This document shows, one piece after another, positions 36,501-49,576 of a stretch of DNA of 64,000 nt. The stretch lies in contig OZ176055.1 in assembly GCA_964247055.1 (NCBI GenBank), positions 496,001 through 560,000 on the forward strand. Reading direction: 5' to 3'. This DNA comes from Paragordius varius. Its lineage: Eukaryota; Animalia; Nematomorpha. The notes below the pieces were generated by a model, which had not been told where the DNA came from, did no database searches, and saw only the letters and a program-made list of their open reading frames with translations. Each line of letters opens with the position of its first letter. The stretch's first letter is position 1. Position numbers and translations under genes: made by a program.

Positions 36501-39500
36501 ATCAAATTTTCTACCATATAAAAATGTTTTAAATTTCCTAGGGCCAATACAATGGCATTTGCCTCTTTTTCTATAACCAAATAATTTTTCTCTGCTGATG
36601 AACATTTTTTTGAAAAATATGCAATGGGTCGTTTACCTTCCCACGTCCTGTGCGACAGGATGGCCCCGAACCCCTCCCCAGATGCATCTGTTTCTAGAAG
36701 AAGGGGAAGTCTGGGGTTAAAAGAGAAGAGGCGGCTGTTATCCCCTATTAATAACTTCGCCCTTTCAAAAATATTTTGGTGTACCTCGGTCCAACACCAT
36801 TTCTTTTTGGAACCAGCTAGCTGATGGAGCTCGTTAACAATTGTATTTAGAGAAGGTATAAATCGTGAATGAAAGTTTAAAAGGCCCAAAAACGAACGGA
36901 GACTTGTTTTATCTTTAAAGGCTGGACACTCGCAACTAGCCTTAATCTTACTGCTCGCTGGTTTTATACTTTTTTCTGATATAAACCCCAAATATTCTAC
37001 TTTCCGTTGAAAAAGCTTTATTTTATCTTTTTTTAATTTAAGACCCATTCGTTTTAATCTTTCAAATACTTGTGTTAGGTTTCTATAATGCTCCTCATCC
37101 GTTTCCCCCGTAACAATTACATCATCTAAATAGACGGCTGTTCTCTTACAACATTTTTACAAGCAAAAGCAAAAAAATTTTAACAAAATGCAACATTTTT
37201 TTAACCAAGCGCAACATTTTCAAGCAAAACCAACATTTTTTCAACCAAACACAACATTTTTCAAGCAAAGACAACTGAAAAAATGCTGCGTTGATTGAAA
37301 AAATGTTGCTTTTGACTGAAAAATGGTATCCTATATATTTTTCCCATTTAATAATTTACCTAAAACAATAAATCTATGAAATATTAAATTGGTACCGATT
37401 GATTAACAGGCGATCTCCAAACAATTTCTTTACCAGTTATCAGATTCATTAACAACATATTGCAGCTATAAGCATTTGTAGGATTTACGGAAATATTATT
37501 CTAAACATAATATACATAATTAATTTTTTTTAAAATTCCGTAATTTTTTTGAATCTGACAGACATATCGATATTGTTCTTTAAGCGATACAGGAAAAACT
37601 GAGGCTTTAAATTGTGGCAGCCAATTATTTTTCACGAGGAAGCGTCGGGCCCTGAGAACTTAAGCCAAAAAAAAATTATATCAAGTGAATAATTCAATTC
37701 GAATCGAATTAATTTTGAAAAAGGGACAAAATTCATAATAAAAAAATATTTCTACAATCATTTTTAATTGTAGAGGATCTTTTATGATAAAAAATTTTTC
37801 CTTATTAGAAAAATTAAATTATCTATAAACACATACCATAACTAATTTTTTTTTCAACTGCGATCGGTGTGAGAGATAACAAAAATTTATACCTGTTTAT
37901 AAATAGCTTACGTGGTTTTGGCATATTTTAATGTAAAAATAACCAATAATAAATTACATCATTTCTAACCAGGAATATTAAGTAAAAATGATAGTATAAA
38001 AATTTCTATTATTTTTAATTGTACTCAATGTTTAATATGCATTTTCCATTCCATTTTACCAGCAATCTAATTTTAAACAAATCTTAAATTTTATGTTAAA
38101 TGAATAAACATATTATTCTCGGATCGAAATACGAAATTAATCACAAAACAACGGTTAAAAGCGATTTTTTATAATTTAATATATGTAATTATTAACCATA
38201 ATATAAATATGCAAAAGTTATTTTTATATATTTATAATTGACTTATTGTATAAACAAGGTTCCCAAAGGTTTATATAAGGCCGAGAGTTATGAACTCTAC
38301 TTTGTGAAAAATAACCCCCCCACCCCCCCTTACAAAACAGCCCTATCATATATGGCAAAAAATTTAAAATCATATATCCCTTATTTGAAACAAAAAACGA
38401 TAGTAAATTAAGTATTTAACAACCGCTCCCTCCAATTGCGTTATGTCAAATGGTGCCAGGACCTTAATTGCATGAGCTGTTTTAGGATCCACAATGTTTA
38501 AATATTCAATATTGTTGGCTTGAAAGAAGGTATACGAACTTTCCAAGCGTCCCATAATGGGTTTGGACAAATCTTCATCGGTCCGTATTATAGATACAGT
38601 TATACCTCTACAAATTAGTCAAGATAAATTTGTAATTATAAGGACAAAACTGAAAAATGTAAAGATAAATATGTTTTTCGAAACAGACAACCATACTTTT
38701 AATAATCTGATTGTTTTCAATAAACTCATTGTTTTGTAACTCCAAAGTATAAAATAGAGATTTATATTGGTAACACAATCAATTACATATTTTACGATAG
38801 TTGTTAAATGATTTAAATAGAATAAATTAAGGGTTTAAAAAGTATGGTTGATTGTCTTTTGAAAAAAAATTGTCTTTATATTTTACTTTCGATGGGCATA
38901 GGCGCATTATTAGAAAAATTATTTTTTATAAGTAAACTTAACAAATACATATTTTTGCCGCTATTTTTAGATTTTATGCAAACTAGCTTCTGATATAAAA
39001 CTGATCAACAGTGATTATGCGATATTCATATTTTAGTGAAAACGAATTTTCTAATTTTAATATAAACAATTTTAAAGCTTTGGGATTATATTATATAAAT
39101 ATGCATCCTAATTGTACAATAAAATATATAAAATAAACTCATAAAAACTATCCTGTTAACAATTAAAAATCTTTTAATTAATATATTACAAAATCATAAA
39201 TACCCTTATCTGGTTTATTGTCTTAATATATTATCTAAAATAATTTTAAACCATTGGGGATTATATTAAACAAACCTTAATAGATAATTATTTTCTTGGA
39301 TCGTCCAAAAGAAGTTATATATTCCTGGAGTCCGATGATTGACGACAGAACACATCCAGGTATCTCTTATGAATAGTTCTAGCATAAAAATTAAATGTTA
39401 TTATTACCTTGGTTAAACTTTTGTGTATAGTTTGATACGTCGTTAGAAGCTATACAAAATATATACAGTATTCAATGTAATAGATATAAAATGGGAAAAT

Positions 39501-42500
39501 GATGGTTTAAAATAAATCAACAGAACACAACCAGTTCAGTTTAATGGGTAATTTTGGAAGCGATTCATAAGAATTTTAAAAATCTAAACAAGGTTTCCCG
39601 TTCAAATAAAATTACAAAGGTTATTTATAATTTTCCCATGAATGGGAATGGACTGGATTCTTAAGCGGAAATCTACTATAAATACATATTTAACTAATTT
39701 TCAGTCATAACCTATACTTTTCCAAGCAAACGCCACATTTCTCATACAAACAGTAAAATGTTGCGTTTGTTTAAGAAAATGTTCCGTTTACTTGCATTAT
39801 TTTGCCTTTGGATAAAAAATTGCTTTAGACTGAATATATATATATATATATATATATTTGACAATAAATCATCATATTAAATAAGGACATCACTTGCAAT
39901 CCAAAAGATGGAACAGTTTTAAGGGGAACAAATTTTAACTACTATTTAAAACATGGGTATCTGCAACATTTATAAGTTGCGGGGACAGTTTAAGCCCATA
40001 AAAAATCGTCGAGCCCGCATTCAAAGAAATATATGAAAACATCAATAAATATTTTTTATATTTCAATCAGGGGTAAACCGTTATATATCTTCTAGTTTGC
40101 TTTTACTGATTTAGTATTTGCAAAATTTAGAAAGAATATTCAGATTTGGTACATTTCTAAAAATCAAGAAAACTTTAAAGAACTTATGGTAGTTTACGAA
40201 ATGGTAATATTTGGCATAATATACTTAATATATTTATGCCTTGACATCACCCTGAATCCAGGAAATATTTTTAAAACATTTAATAAAATTATTTTAAAGT
40301 ACAGAAACAACTAAAATTATATGGACAAAACGTAAAAATATAATGACAAATATTTTTTTCTGAAAGACAACGATACTTTTAAAATCTTAATTTTTTATAA
40401 ATATAACTCATTGTTTAAAATGTATGTCAATATGTAAAATAGAGATTTATATTACTAACATAATAAATATTTTTTACTTTTATAACTAAATTCTTATATA
40501 GTTAAAATCAAAATTTATAAAAGTATGATTGCCTTTTAGAAAATAATTATTGTCTTTATATATTTCGTTTTGTCTTTATATATTTTCTATTTTTACTGTA
40601 AATGCTACAAATATTATAACTTTATATATACAAAGTAGATAAACTAATAAAGGAAACAAAAATATATAATTTCCTTGGTATGACAGCAATGGGCTTTTGA
40701 AACTTTATATATTTTGTACACGCATCCAAATTTGAACTTTTTTATTACACCAGCCAGTTAGATCATTTGGGGCTTTATTTCTCTGGTACAAGCGAATTAT
40801 AGCAAAAATGTAATATTCTCTTTGAATGTATGTTAATGGGTAATTTCCCCATAGTGGTTATTATATATAATTGGTAAGCTACAATTACAAAATTGTTTAG
40901 AAATGCCTATATATACGGTATCTAAATGAGATTGGGTGGTTTAAAAGAGAAAAGGATGATAATATAAAAATGCGTTTTTGGATTACGAGCCATTTAAATA
41001 AGATGTTTCCAATTGTGAGAATTGCTCCTTGCTGTGAAGTCGAAAGATTAGCACATTAAAGTATATCAACATTTTTATGGTAAATGCAAGGCTAACTACG
41101 AGTTCGACCCCAAATTGTTTCATCATATGATGGATTGACCATTTTATGGAAAATGCATAATTTTCAAAGAAATATAAGCAAAAGTTGGTAGAAAACCCCG
41201 TGAGTTTTATACAATAAAAAAGGAAATTATACGGACAAATGTAAAAATATATAGACAAATATTTTTTTTTCAAAAACATACATGCTTTTTTAAATCTAGC
41301 TTTTTTCTAAACTATGTGCTCAATTATAAAATTAATTGATATTGTGTTACCAATATACATCTTTATTGCAATTTCAAAACATTTAAATTTTAAAAAAATT
41401 GAACAGTAAATAGCATATGTGTCCTTATGTTTTGTCCGTATAATTTCCACCATGCACAAGATTTTGTTAATTTTATATTAACTATTGTTTATATCTATGT
41501 TATATCCATATTAAAAAAATTTATCGCACAATCTCGGCATATTCGCGATTAAACTAGACCATTTTAGAGTTAAATGCCGGACCTGACGCCTAAAACTCAA
41601 AGTTCATTAAAAATGTTTCTATTTTGGTTTGAAGTCAACTTTTACCAAAATACTTTCATAATATGAGCTAATTAATACTCCTATATGCCACAAAACAGGA
41701 AACAAGCTATAAATGACTTTTAAGACTTGAAATCAACACGAGACTCTTAATATTTATTCTATACAACATAATTACTGAATGATTCCTTATTTATTTTAAT
41801 GCATCATAGCTTGGTTTGCCCAAATTATATCTGGCATGACAGTGTAATAATTTATATCCATGATATTTTATTAGAACGTATCAAAAACACTAAATTTTTT
41901 ACTTAAAAAATATTATATATAAATATATATAGTGGAAATTATTTACAAAAATTAGGGCATTCTCGAATCAAAACATGAATGGATATAAATTGGGTTAAGT
42001 TAAGGAACGATTCAATGTTTTCGTCTTTCTTTAAAGAAAGCTCCAACATTATCCATGGAATAGGTTTAATGGGACCCCGAAATATGACAACTTTATCATC
42101 ATAAAATTCATATAAACTAATTCCGAATTCATCGTATGATTGAACGATTCGCAACTATAAGCAAAAAAGAAAGAAAGTTTAAAATATACAGACAAAATGT
42201 AAAACTAAAATAGAAATATTTTTGTTGAAATGATACAGTCTGCATTTTAATGGTTGCTTATATCACATTACCCTATAGTTGGGCAATTCGCAATACCGTA
42301 GTGTATGGAAATAACAAAATATCAATAAACAAATTTTTCTTTCTTTATTCGACACACTACTGTGTTGCAAATTGCCCTGCTTAGTGTTTACTTGAAATTA
42401 TACTGTTTTAAACCTTAACCTTTCCTCATAAACTATTTAATGATAATCTTATATTTACTTGATGTAATAACAATTTTCATATCAATTTCATCCCTCGAAA

Positions 42501-43261
42501 TAAGCGATAAGTTTTTTTTGGTTATAAAATATGGTTGCCATTTTAAAACATTTTTTTTTAATTTGTCATTTGTATATAAAATTTGTGTTGTTTATAAAAG
42601 GAAGTTATGATAATATGCGATAAGAGCATTATACTTTCGTTAATGGTTTTTCAGGGATTAATTTGATGTAATTTGAGAATTGGATTTTATACACAGGTAG
42701 GGATTGATTCCGTTCTAGTTCTGAGACAGCTCTGTCGTGAACAAGCTTTTTATGAGCCACCAAAGTTAATGTGTTTAAAATTTCCGGCTTTAAATCGACA
42801 AAAAACTAAAAATATATTTCTTCTTATATTAATATACAGTAAATATTGATATTATACGGATAAATCAAACGTAAAACTATAAAAAAAATTTAAAAGAAAT
42901 TTATGAACCTTAATTTTATTTAATTACAATTGAATACATAACTGATTGTATTACCAATGTACATCTCTATTTCATACTTTGTTATTTAAAACAATGACTT
43001 GTATGTTAAAAAACAAGTTTAAAAAGTACAACGGTTTTTTGAATAAAAATATGTGTCTTTATATTACGTTTGGTTCATCCGTATAAATCAAATGTTACTG
43101 TGTATACATCATATTTATTTCGTTTAATCGTGGTTTGCATATTGGTGTCAAAACCCAACCCTACAAAGCGAATTATATAATGAGTTGAATTCCAATTCAA
43201 AAGATTAGTGGGGGGAATTAAGCCGACCCAATTGCCCTCAAAACATTCTAGGGGTATCAAA
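33545..43261 (-). CDS. Unknown protein family, paralog M2 (5' end not located); exons A 43261-43108, B 42805-42635, C 42154-41947, D 39378-39276, E 38607-38424, F 33808-33545
   Basis: Exon-by-exon similarity to M1 and the same phase string 2-0-0-1-2-0. Exon E is 184 nt in both genes. Terminal exons share the VQCVP motif. Direct C-to-D splicing makes TAA, so an exon is missing from the model or the copy is damaged. Confidence 0.6.
34092..34310. mobile_element. MITE family F (TIR CAGTATGCAT); partial copy ~42236-42400
   Basis: TA|CAGTATGCATTTTAATGGTTGCTTA ... TAAGCAACTATTAACATGCATACTG|TA. Confidence 0.72.
34960..35406 (-). mobile_element. Gypsy-type gag remnant, with in-frame stops
   Basis: FTEYIKYLRRNLVIKGIQDNNENIKAIFLAQSG...ARFDFFRAERLVGEGFLEF*IRLKNLAAAYEL follows the retrotransposon-gag pattern (ERFxFxxRxQxxGESxxxYxxxLRxLA). 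Confidence 0.6.
35420..36410 (-). pseudogene. Disrupted ~330-codon reading frame of unknown origin between Gypsy pol and gag remnants
   Basis: ORF pieces 35901..36320, 35765..35959 and 35384..35722 are collinear, separated by a frameshift and a stop. No introns or MITEs interrupt them. Confidence 0.4.
36443..37138 (-). mobile_element. Gypsy/Ty3 LTR retrotransposon pol fragment (RT C-terminus and RNase H)
   Basis: AVYLDDVIVTG, VEYLGF, LRSFLGLLNFHSRFIP, LETDASGEGFGAILSH, PIAYFSK, EKEANAIV and (frameshifted) TDHKPL. Confidence 0.9.
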
Positions 43262-43501
43262 CTATGTTTAATAAATATATATATAAGTTTTATTAATGTT
43301 ATAATATACCGTAAAAATAAAATTAGACAGACAAAACGTTAAAACTAAAAGGATCATAAAATATTTTTCAAATGAAAAGACAACTATACCTGTTAAACCC
43401 TAATTTTTTAAAATATATATTAACAAATCATGATTTTTGTGTGGCAAAATAGGAAGGGAATGTAAATATTAATGCACACTTAAAAAAATTATATTTTAAA
43501 A

Positions 43502-43691
43502 CAGTATGAGTAATTATAAATTGTTAAAAGTTATTAATTATTGCAAATAACATACACAACAAAGGGAAGTATTATTGGTTTATAGTTATTTTTCACTTTT
43601 TACCATTATTAGCCAATAATAATTCTATTTGCCGCATATGCTATTTGGCAATAATTAATAATTTTCTAGCAAAATATACTTACTCATACTG
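43502..43691. mobile_element. MITE family E (TIR CAGTATGAGTAAG), ~190 bp; other copies 14848-15034 and 55083-55258
   Basis: CAGTATGAGTAATTATA ... TATACTTACTCATACTG|TA, with a shared internal ATTATTGG...CCAATAAT palindrome. Confidence 0.72.
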
Positions 43692-46600
43692 TAGATCATG
43701 TGGGAAAAAAATAAGATTCAAAAAAGTATGGTTGTACTTTTGAAAAATATTTGTTTTTATTAGTTTTTACGTTTGTCTTTGTTGTCTGTATTTATTTTAA
43801 CTTTTAGTGTAATTTTATATATATATATATATATATACAGTAAAAAATGAAATTACACGGACAATACTTAAAATATAAAGACGAAAATGTTTTTTCAAAA
43901 GACAGTCCTATTTAAAATCAGGTAATAGCAATCGTAAAATATGTAAATGATTGTGTAACCAATCTGAGTTTAAAACAATAGGTTTTATAATTAAGATGTA
44001 AAAAGTATGGTTGTCTTTTAGAAAAAAACTATTTGTCTTTATAATTTAGCGTTTTGTCCGTTAAATTTCAATTTTTACTCTATATTTTACGTTGATGGTT
44101 TGGCGCAACTACAATTTTGACTTTCTAAATAAATAATATTTTTATAATCGAATTTTACCGATTTCAAGAATGATACTAGTAAATAAAATGGTTAAAATAA
44201 TCAATTTTATCATTGTAGTGTTCAATAATAATCTGTTGATTTAAAATGATTGTATTGTGTAAAATGAAAATCAAAATTATTAAAAAAATCTTAGTTGCAA
44301 CTTTAATAGGTTATAACCTTTTTTTATATATATTATCTATTTTTCATTACTTATAATAATTCGAAATCAAATGTACCAAATATTTTTGTACATGTTAATT
44401 GATTTTACGTATAATCAACTTAATGTATTAATTAAGTTAAAAAAAGCCATAATATAAAATGGTAAATTTTTTTAGTTGTTTTTTTAATATCCATTGGTTT
44501 AATTTTATAATACAGAATGCGTTATAATATATCAGGGGTGGTCAACCTTATTTTACCCGCGGGCTACACTTTGAGGAGGGAATTTCATGCGGGCACGTAT
44601 GAAAATTAAATAACAAAAGACTCATATTTCACTTCCACACAATTGATGGAAATATTTTTATCTGTTTAAGAATTATGGTGATTAGAACAGATTATTTTAG
44701 AATTAAGATTACGAATAATAAATATTTTTGAGTTATTTTTATGCGTAATCTAATTTTAACAAAATACATAACTATTGATTCAAAAGTCTGGTTACCACAA
44801 CCAGTGTAAAAAGGCATAATTGCGCAATTCTATAGGAGGACTCGTCAATTTGAAGCGAAAAAATATGCGAGAATGAGTATTTTCATGTAAAATATCGGTA
44901 AGATTGTGATTTGGATTCATAACCTCTCAGCATAATTCAGATAAGGATAAGTTTTTTATTAATTTCATAAATTTCATTTTGGCTTCATAATTTTAAGAGC
45001 GCTTTAGAAGTTTGATAGATTCTATGTCCTGAAAAAAGATTTGTTGTTTTTTTATTAGGATTTTAATGTTATTTTTTAAGTTTCAATGGATTTTATTTTT
45101 GCAATAATTCACAGTGCAGTGTTTGTGAGAATTAATTGCTCTTTCTAGCTTGATTTTTGATTTGCGAATGTCTGAATTCTTTTGAAAGTTCATATGAGCC
45201 ATGGTGTAGTTGAATTAAACAACTACATTTATCATTATTGATTTTAAAAAATATCTTCCCATATATTTCATAATTAGCATATTTATGGTTTGAAATTCTA
45301 ATTATACCATAATATAAGTCTAAAAATCCTCCTGTTATTATGCTTAATTTAAATTATTTTTTAATTAAATCACAAATGGTTTAAAGTTCGAATAAAATAC
45401 ATATGATTAAATAAATATATTAAAAACAAAATATAAAAATAAATTAAGAAAAAATATTTATGATTTTGTCGAAAAAAATTCTTTATATAACTTATTATGA
45501 AATATATATATATAATTTATGAAATATTTTTACAATAATATATTTTGGGGTTTTTTCTAGTGAGGTATTTTTTATATATTGGTAAACTTATAAATATTCC
45601 ATCAGTTCTAATTTTTACATGTTATGACATCTTCGGTATGCTAAAATTTGGAAGGTTTCGAAATGCGATCGGAAAAAAGCTTTTAAAATATAAAATGTCA
45701 TTTTAATCAACAGTTTATTAATCCCAAATTTGCATTTTTAAGCAATATGTTTAAAAGGTCATAGATGCCTATTGCAAAACTCTTTGCATCGGTATTTTAA
45801 GGAGTCTTAAAATTTTTAGCGTAAAAAAATATTTTAAAAACATAAACTAAAGAGTTTTTTTTATACATGGTTTTTAGAATGATTAAAATCTAATGTTCAG
45901 GTTTTTTAGTCGAGCTTCATAGAGTGGATTTAAACACTGGTGGATATTTCATTATAATATGTTTCACTCATATAAGGACATAGTTATTAAGGTCATAAAA
46001 CTAATTTCCAAAAATTAGCATCAAAATTTTCTGGGCGTTTATTGTGGATTTCAATCAATTATTTTTTAATGTAGATTGAAATAGTTGCTTTCTCTCTCAT
46101 ATACCTTTTTTATTATTATAATGTATAATTAAATTTAAATATGGTCAACAGTTTAGTCGATAGTCCAATATGGATAAATACAAAAAGATCTTTATAATTT
46201 TTGACAAAAACATAATTACGTATACATTGTTTATTATCCCTATCTCATAAATAACTATTGTGTATGAAAATCTAAATCAAGCATTTAAGACATGTTAAGA
46301 AACGCTATATTTCGATTGATGATGAGAAAATTATTTTTTGAATCCTTATATAAATGTATTATATTCCTAAAATATTGCTTTAACGCATGTTAAAAAAAGC
46401 CTATCGCTATCAAACACAGTCCAACATTCGCCTTCCAAAATCTGTAACCGAGGAAAGGTGTTCAAAATTTTGTTTATCAAGATGTACTTTACCAGTAAGC
46501 TGACAAATCAAAGAAGAGTTTATCCTCCCTTATATAATATATGGTTTTAATTAAGTAGTTCGTTTTTTTCATGGTCTCAAGATTGTTTAATCGTGAAGTT

Positions 46601-46789
46601 GCATTATATGTAATCAATTTTTTTGCTAATAAGGACAGTACTCACCCAAGTAGGGATAATTTGGTTTATTAAATGATATATTCTAATTTCCTAAAATAGT
46701 CGTTGTGTTTGGCCGCCACAATAATAATAAACCATATAAATTCTGTTTTTTAAAGCAAATTTATATATTTATAAAAATCGAAATTACTG

Positions 46790-48450
46790 GCTTTGTGATC
46801 TGTTTCCGAAAACCGGTAGACCCATTCAAATCCAAATGTCGAAAAGATATAATCATTAATGGATGCCCCGACAAATAGCTTCGCCCTTTTTTTAAATTAG
46901 GCCACCAGTTCGGTCCCACCCCGTGTAAAAAACGGTTTTTTAAGTCGACAGAAATTGTGTCTTTAAGACAATTTTCCGTAAAACGTATTGGACTATTCGA
47001 TTTTAAATATGATTTTTTACTTTTTCAATTGCGCCGAACATAGTCGGTTTGATTTTTTTAATTTAGGCCCTCCTTTTCCCCGCTCCCCCGGTAAAATGCC
47101 TTTTTTAAAAAAAACCAATGCCACAAAAATAATTTTTTTAATCTATTTTTCGCCCAGGGTATAAGTTCTGTAAAAATTTAATGAGGTTTTCAGAGATCCC
47201 CTGTTAAAAGGCAAAAATTTTAGTCGTGCGTTTTTTTATTTTGGCTGCTGGGTAAGTTGATACCCGCTAAAAACTGCCCCGTCAATACGGTGCCTTTGGG
47301 GCTAAATTTCAGAAAATCTATTAGACCATATGAATTTGATAGGTACTCATAAAATTACCAGTAACAAGGCAAAAATTTAGGTCAGATTTTTTAAAATTAG
47401 CCGTTAATTAGACCATTCACGCCCTGGAAAATGCGCCTCCATAAAATGATTTTTCAGTTTTAATGCAATTTTTCCAAAACCAAATGAAGGCATATGGAAT
47501 CAATTAGGATTCCAGGTATTTTTCGTAAAAAGGCAAAAATTTTAATCAGGCGCTTTTTTTGTATCAGCCTCTGGGTAGGGAGCTACCTGCATAAAACTGC
47601 GCCACCAGATCAAAAATGCTTTGTTTAGCAGTTAATTTTCTAAAACTTATCAAGCCATATTTAATGAGGGCCCGATTTACCCGTAAAAAGGAAAAAAATT
47701 AATGCGAGCGGTTTTTTTAAATTGGTCGTCAATTAGGCCCTTTACGCCCTAAAAATGCGCTATCATTTAACTATCATTTATGAAACCATTCTTCCAAAAG
47801 CTATTAAGAATATATAGAATCAATCATGATTCCAACCCATATTAAGGCAAAAATTAATAGAGCGATTTTTTGTTTCGCCTCTGGTTAGGGGGTTACCCGC
47901 ATAAAACTGCGCCCTTTGGAGCCAAATTTCAGAAATTCTAATAGGAACATATGAAAATGATAATTCCAGATATTCCCCATATAAATACATTTTTCCCAAC
48001 GCCTTTTTTACCCCCTGCGTAAAGTACCCACCAAAAACTGTGCCACTATATAGAAATTACGTTGTTTTGGAACTAATTTAGAGAAAATTTATGAAGCCAT
48101 ATGAGCTCATTCAAAGCTTGAATTATTACCCGTTACTAAGTTATAAAAGGTCAGACGTTTTTTGTTAGCCGTTTATTTGGGGCCTTTTTGCCCTAAAAAT
48201 ACGCTATCATAACGATTATATAGTGTTGAAATATTTCGAATAACCCATGAGACGATGGTATCAAAGATGATGCCAAATATTTGCCCTATAAAGATTTAAC
48301 TCAGCGCTTTTTATATATAGATTTATGGGTAGGGGCCTACCGGGTTAAAACTGAGACGCCATACAAAAATGGCGCGGTTTTGAAGATAATTTTCAAAAAA
48401 CTTAAGATGCCATACGAATTCAGTTAAGCACATTTCTGGGAAATTTGGAT
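46790..48450 (-). repeat. Dispersed repeat family D, long copy with several diverged ~230-280-bp internal subrepeats
   Basis: 46790-47140 is the reverse complement of the 3030-3400 unit. The motif GGGTA(A/G)GGxxxTACCCGCxAAAACTG...TTTGGAGCxAATTTCAGAAA recurs near 47250, 47575, 47885, 48025 and 48330. Confidence 0.75.
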
Positions 48451-49576
48451 AATATCATTCTTCTTTAAAAAGGGACCGAAAATGATTTACTTTTTATATC
48501 CCTTGATCCCAGTTATGTGACAAAATAAAACTTTTACCATGATTTCGTAGAAAAAAATCATAAATTAAATCCGATAGTTTAATATACTTCAATAAGGGAT
48601 AGTTTAAATACGGTCAATTTCAATTTAACAAAATTTGAGCCTGTGCAAAAACCGTAAGAATAATTAAAGATATACTATTTATTAATTATGTTTTTTATTA
48701 TTTTATCTCCATTACCTTGATTGCAAATTATTAGGAATAAATATCGGTGAAATTACGACAGGGAAGCATGACAGGGCCAGCTAGTACATTAATAAACGAA
48801 AATGTATTTAAAAAATAAATATTCTTGATTTTAATAGAAATTATAATTAACTTTTGCATTTTTCATTTCTTATTTTAAGATCTATCCACTTTAGGTGTCC
48901 TTGAAGGATAAAATAGCAATGATCCCAGTAGGGCTCAACGCGAAACATTCACAAACAACCTGATATTCTTAAAATGAATAATAGGTAAATATCTATTTTT
49001 TATACCTAAAATATTTTATATAGAATTTGAATCATTTTTAAATCTGTCATATATAAAACAACCATTTGATAAAAATTTTTGTTTTTTTTGTAATATCAGG
49101 TGGCTAGATATTCTTAGAGCAGAGGCCAACTTCCCTTTTCCTTATAGAATTCGCCATGCTTAAGATTACTGAAATCAAAAACACAGTTTTAAAACACGCG
49201 AAAATAACAATAATTGAATTTATTTATAGGAACAATTATAAATCCGTTATGTAAATTGTGTGGACAATAAAAGTTGGTATCATACAGACAAAATGTTGAA
49301 ACTAAAAGACAAAAAATATATTTTTTGAAACGACAACCATATTTATTAGAACTCTGCTTTTTATTAATATAATATCGTTTTGAGTAATAAAATAAGAAAA
49401 AAGAGATGTAAATTGTCATGGAACTAAATTATATTATTTAAAGTAAGATAAATAAAATTTTAAACACTATGATCGTATATTAAGAATAATTATTTGTTCT
49501 TTTAATTATTTTTACATTTTGTCTGTCGACTGACTAATTTCAATTTTTACTGTATGTATGTATTGAACTGACTGGA

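Noticed and set aside
44796-44829. 34-nt phase 1-2 segment matching the length and phase of the M1 exon 57287-57254
   Set aside because: Amino-acid similarity (ELRNYAFLHWL vs EGLYCHCPSPL) is too weak to include it in the M2 model.
48740-49165. Exon-like GC-richer patches (plus: ...KMNNR|WLDILRAEANFPFPYRIRHA*; minus: VVCECFALSPTGII...)
   Set aside because: Both strands give plausible short frames and I could not build a consistent chain, so no feature was called.
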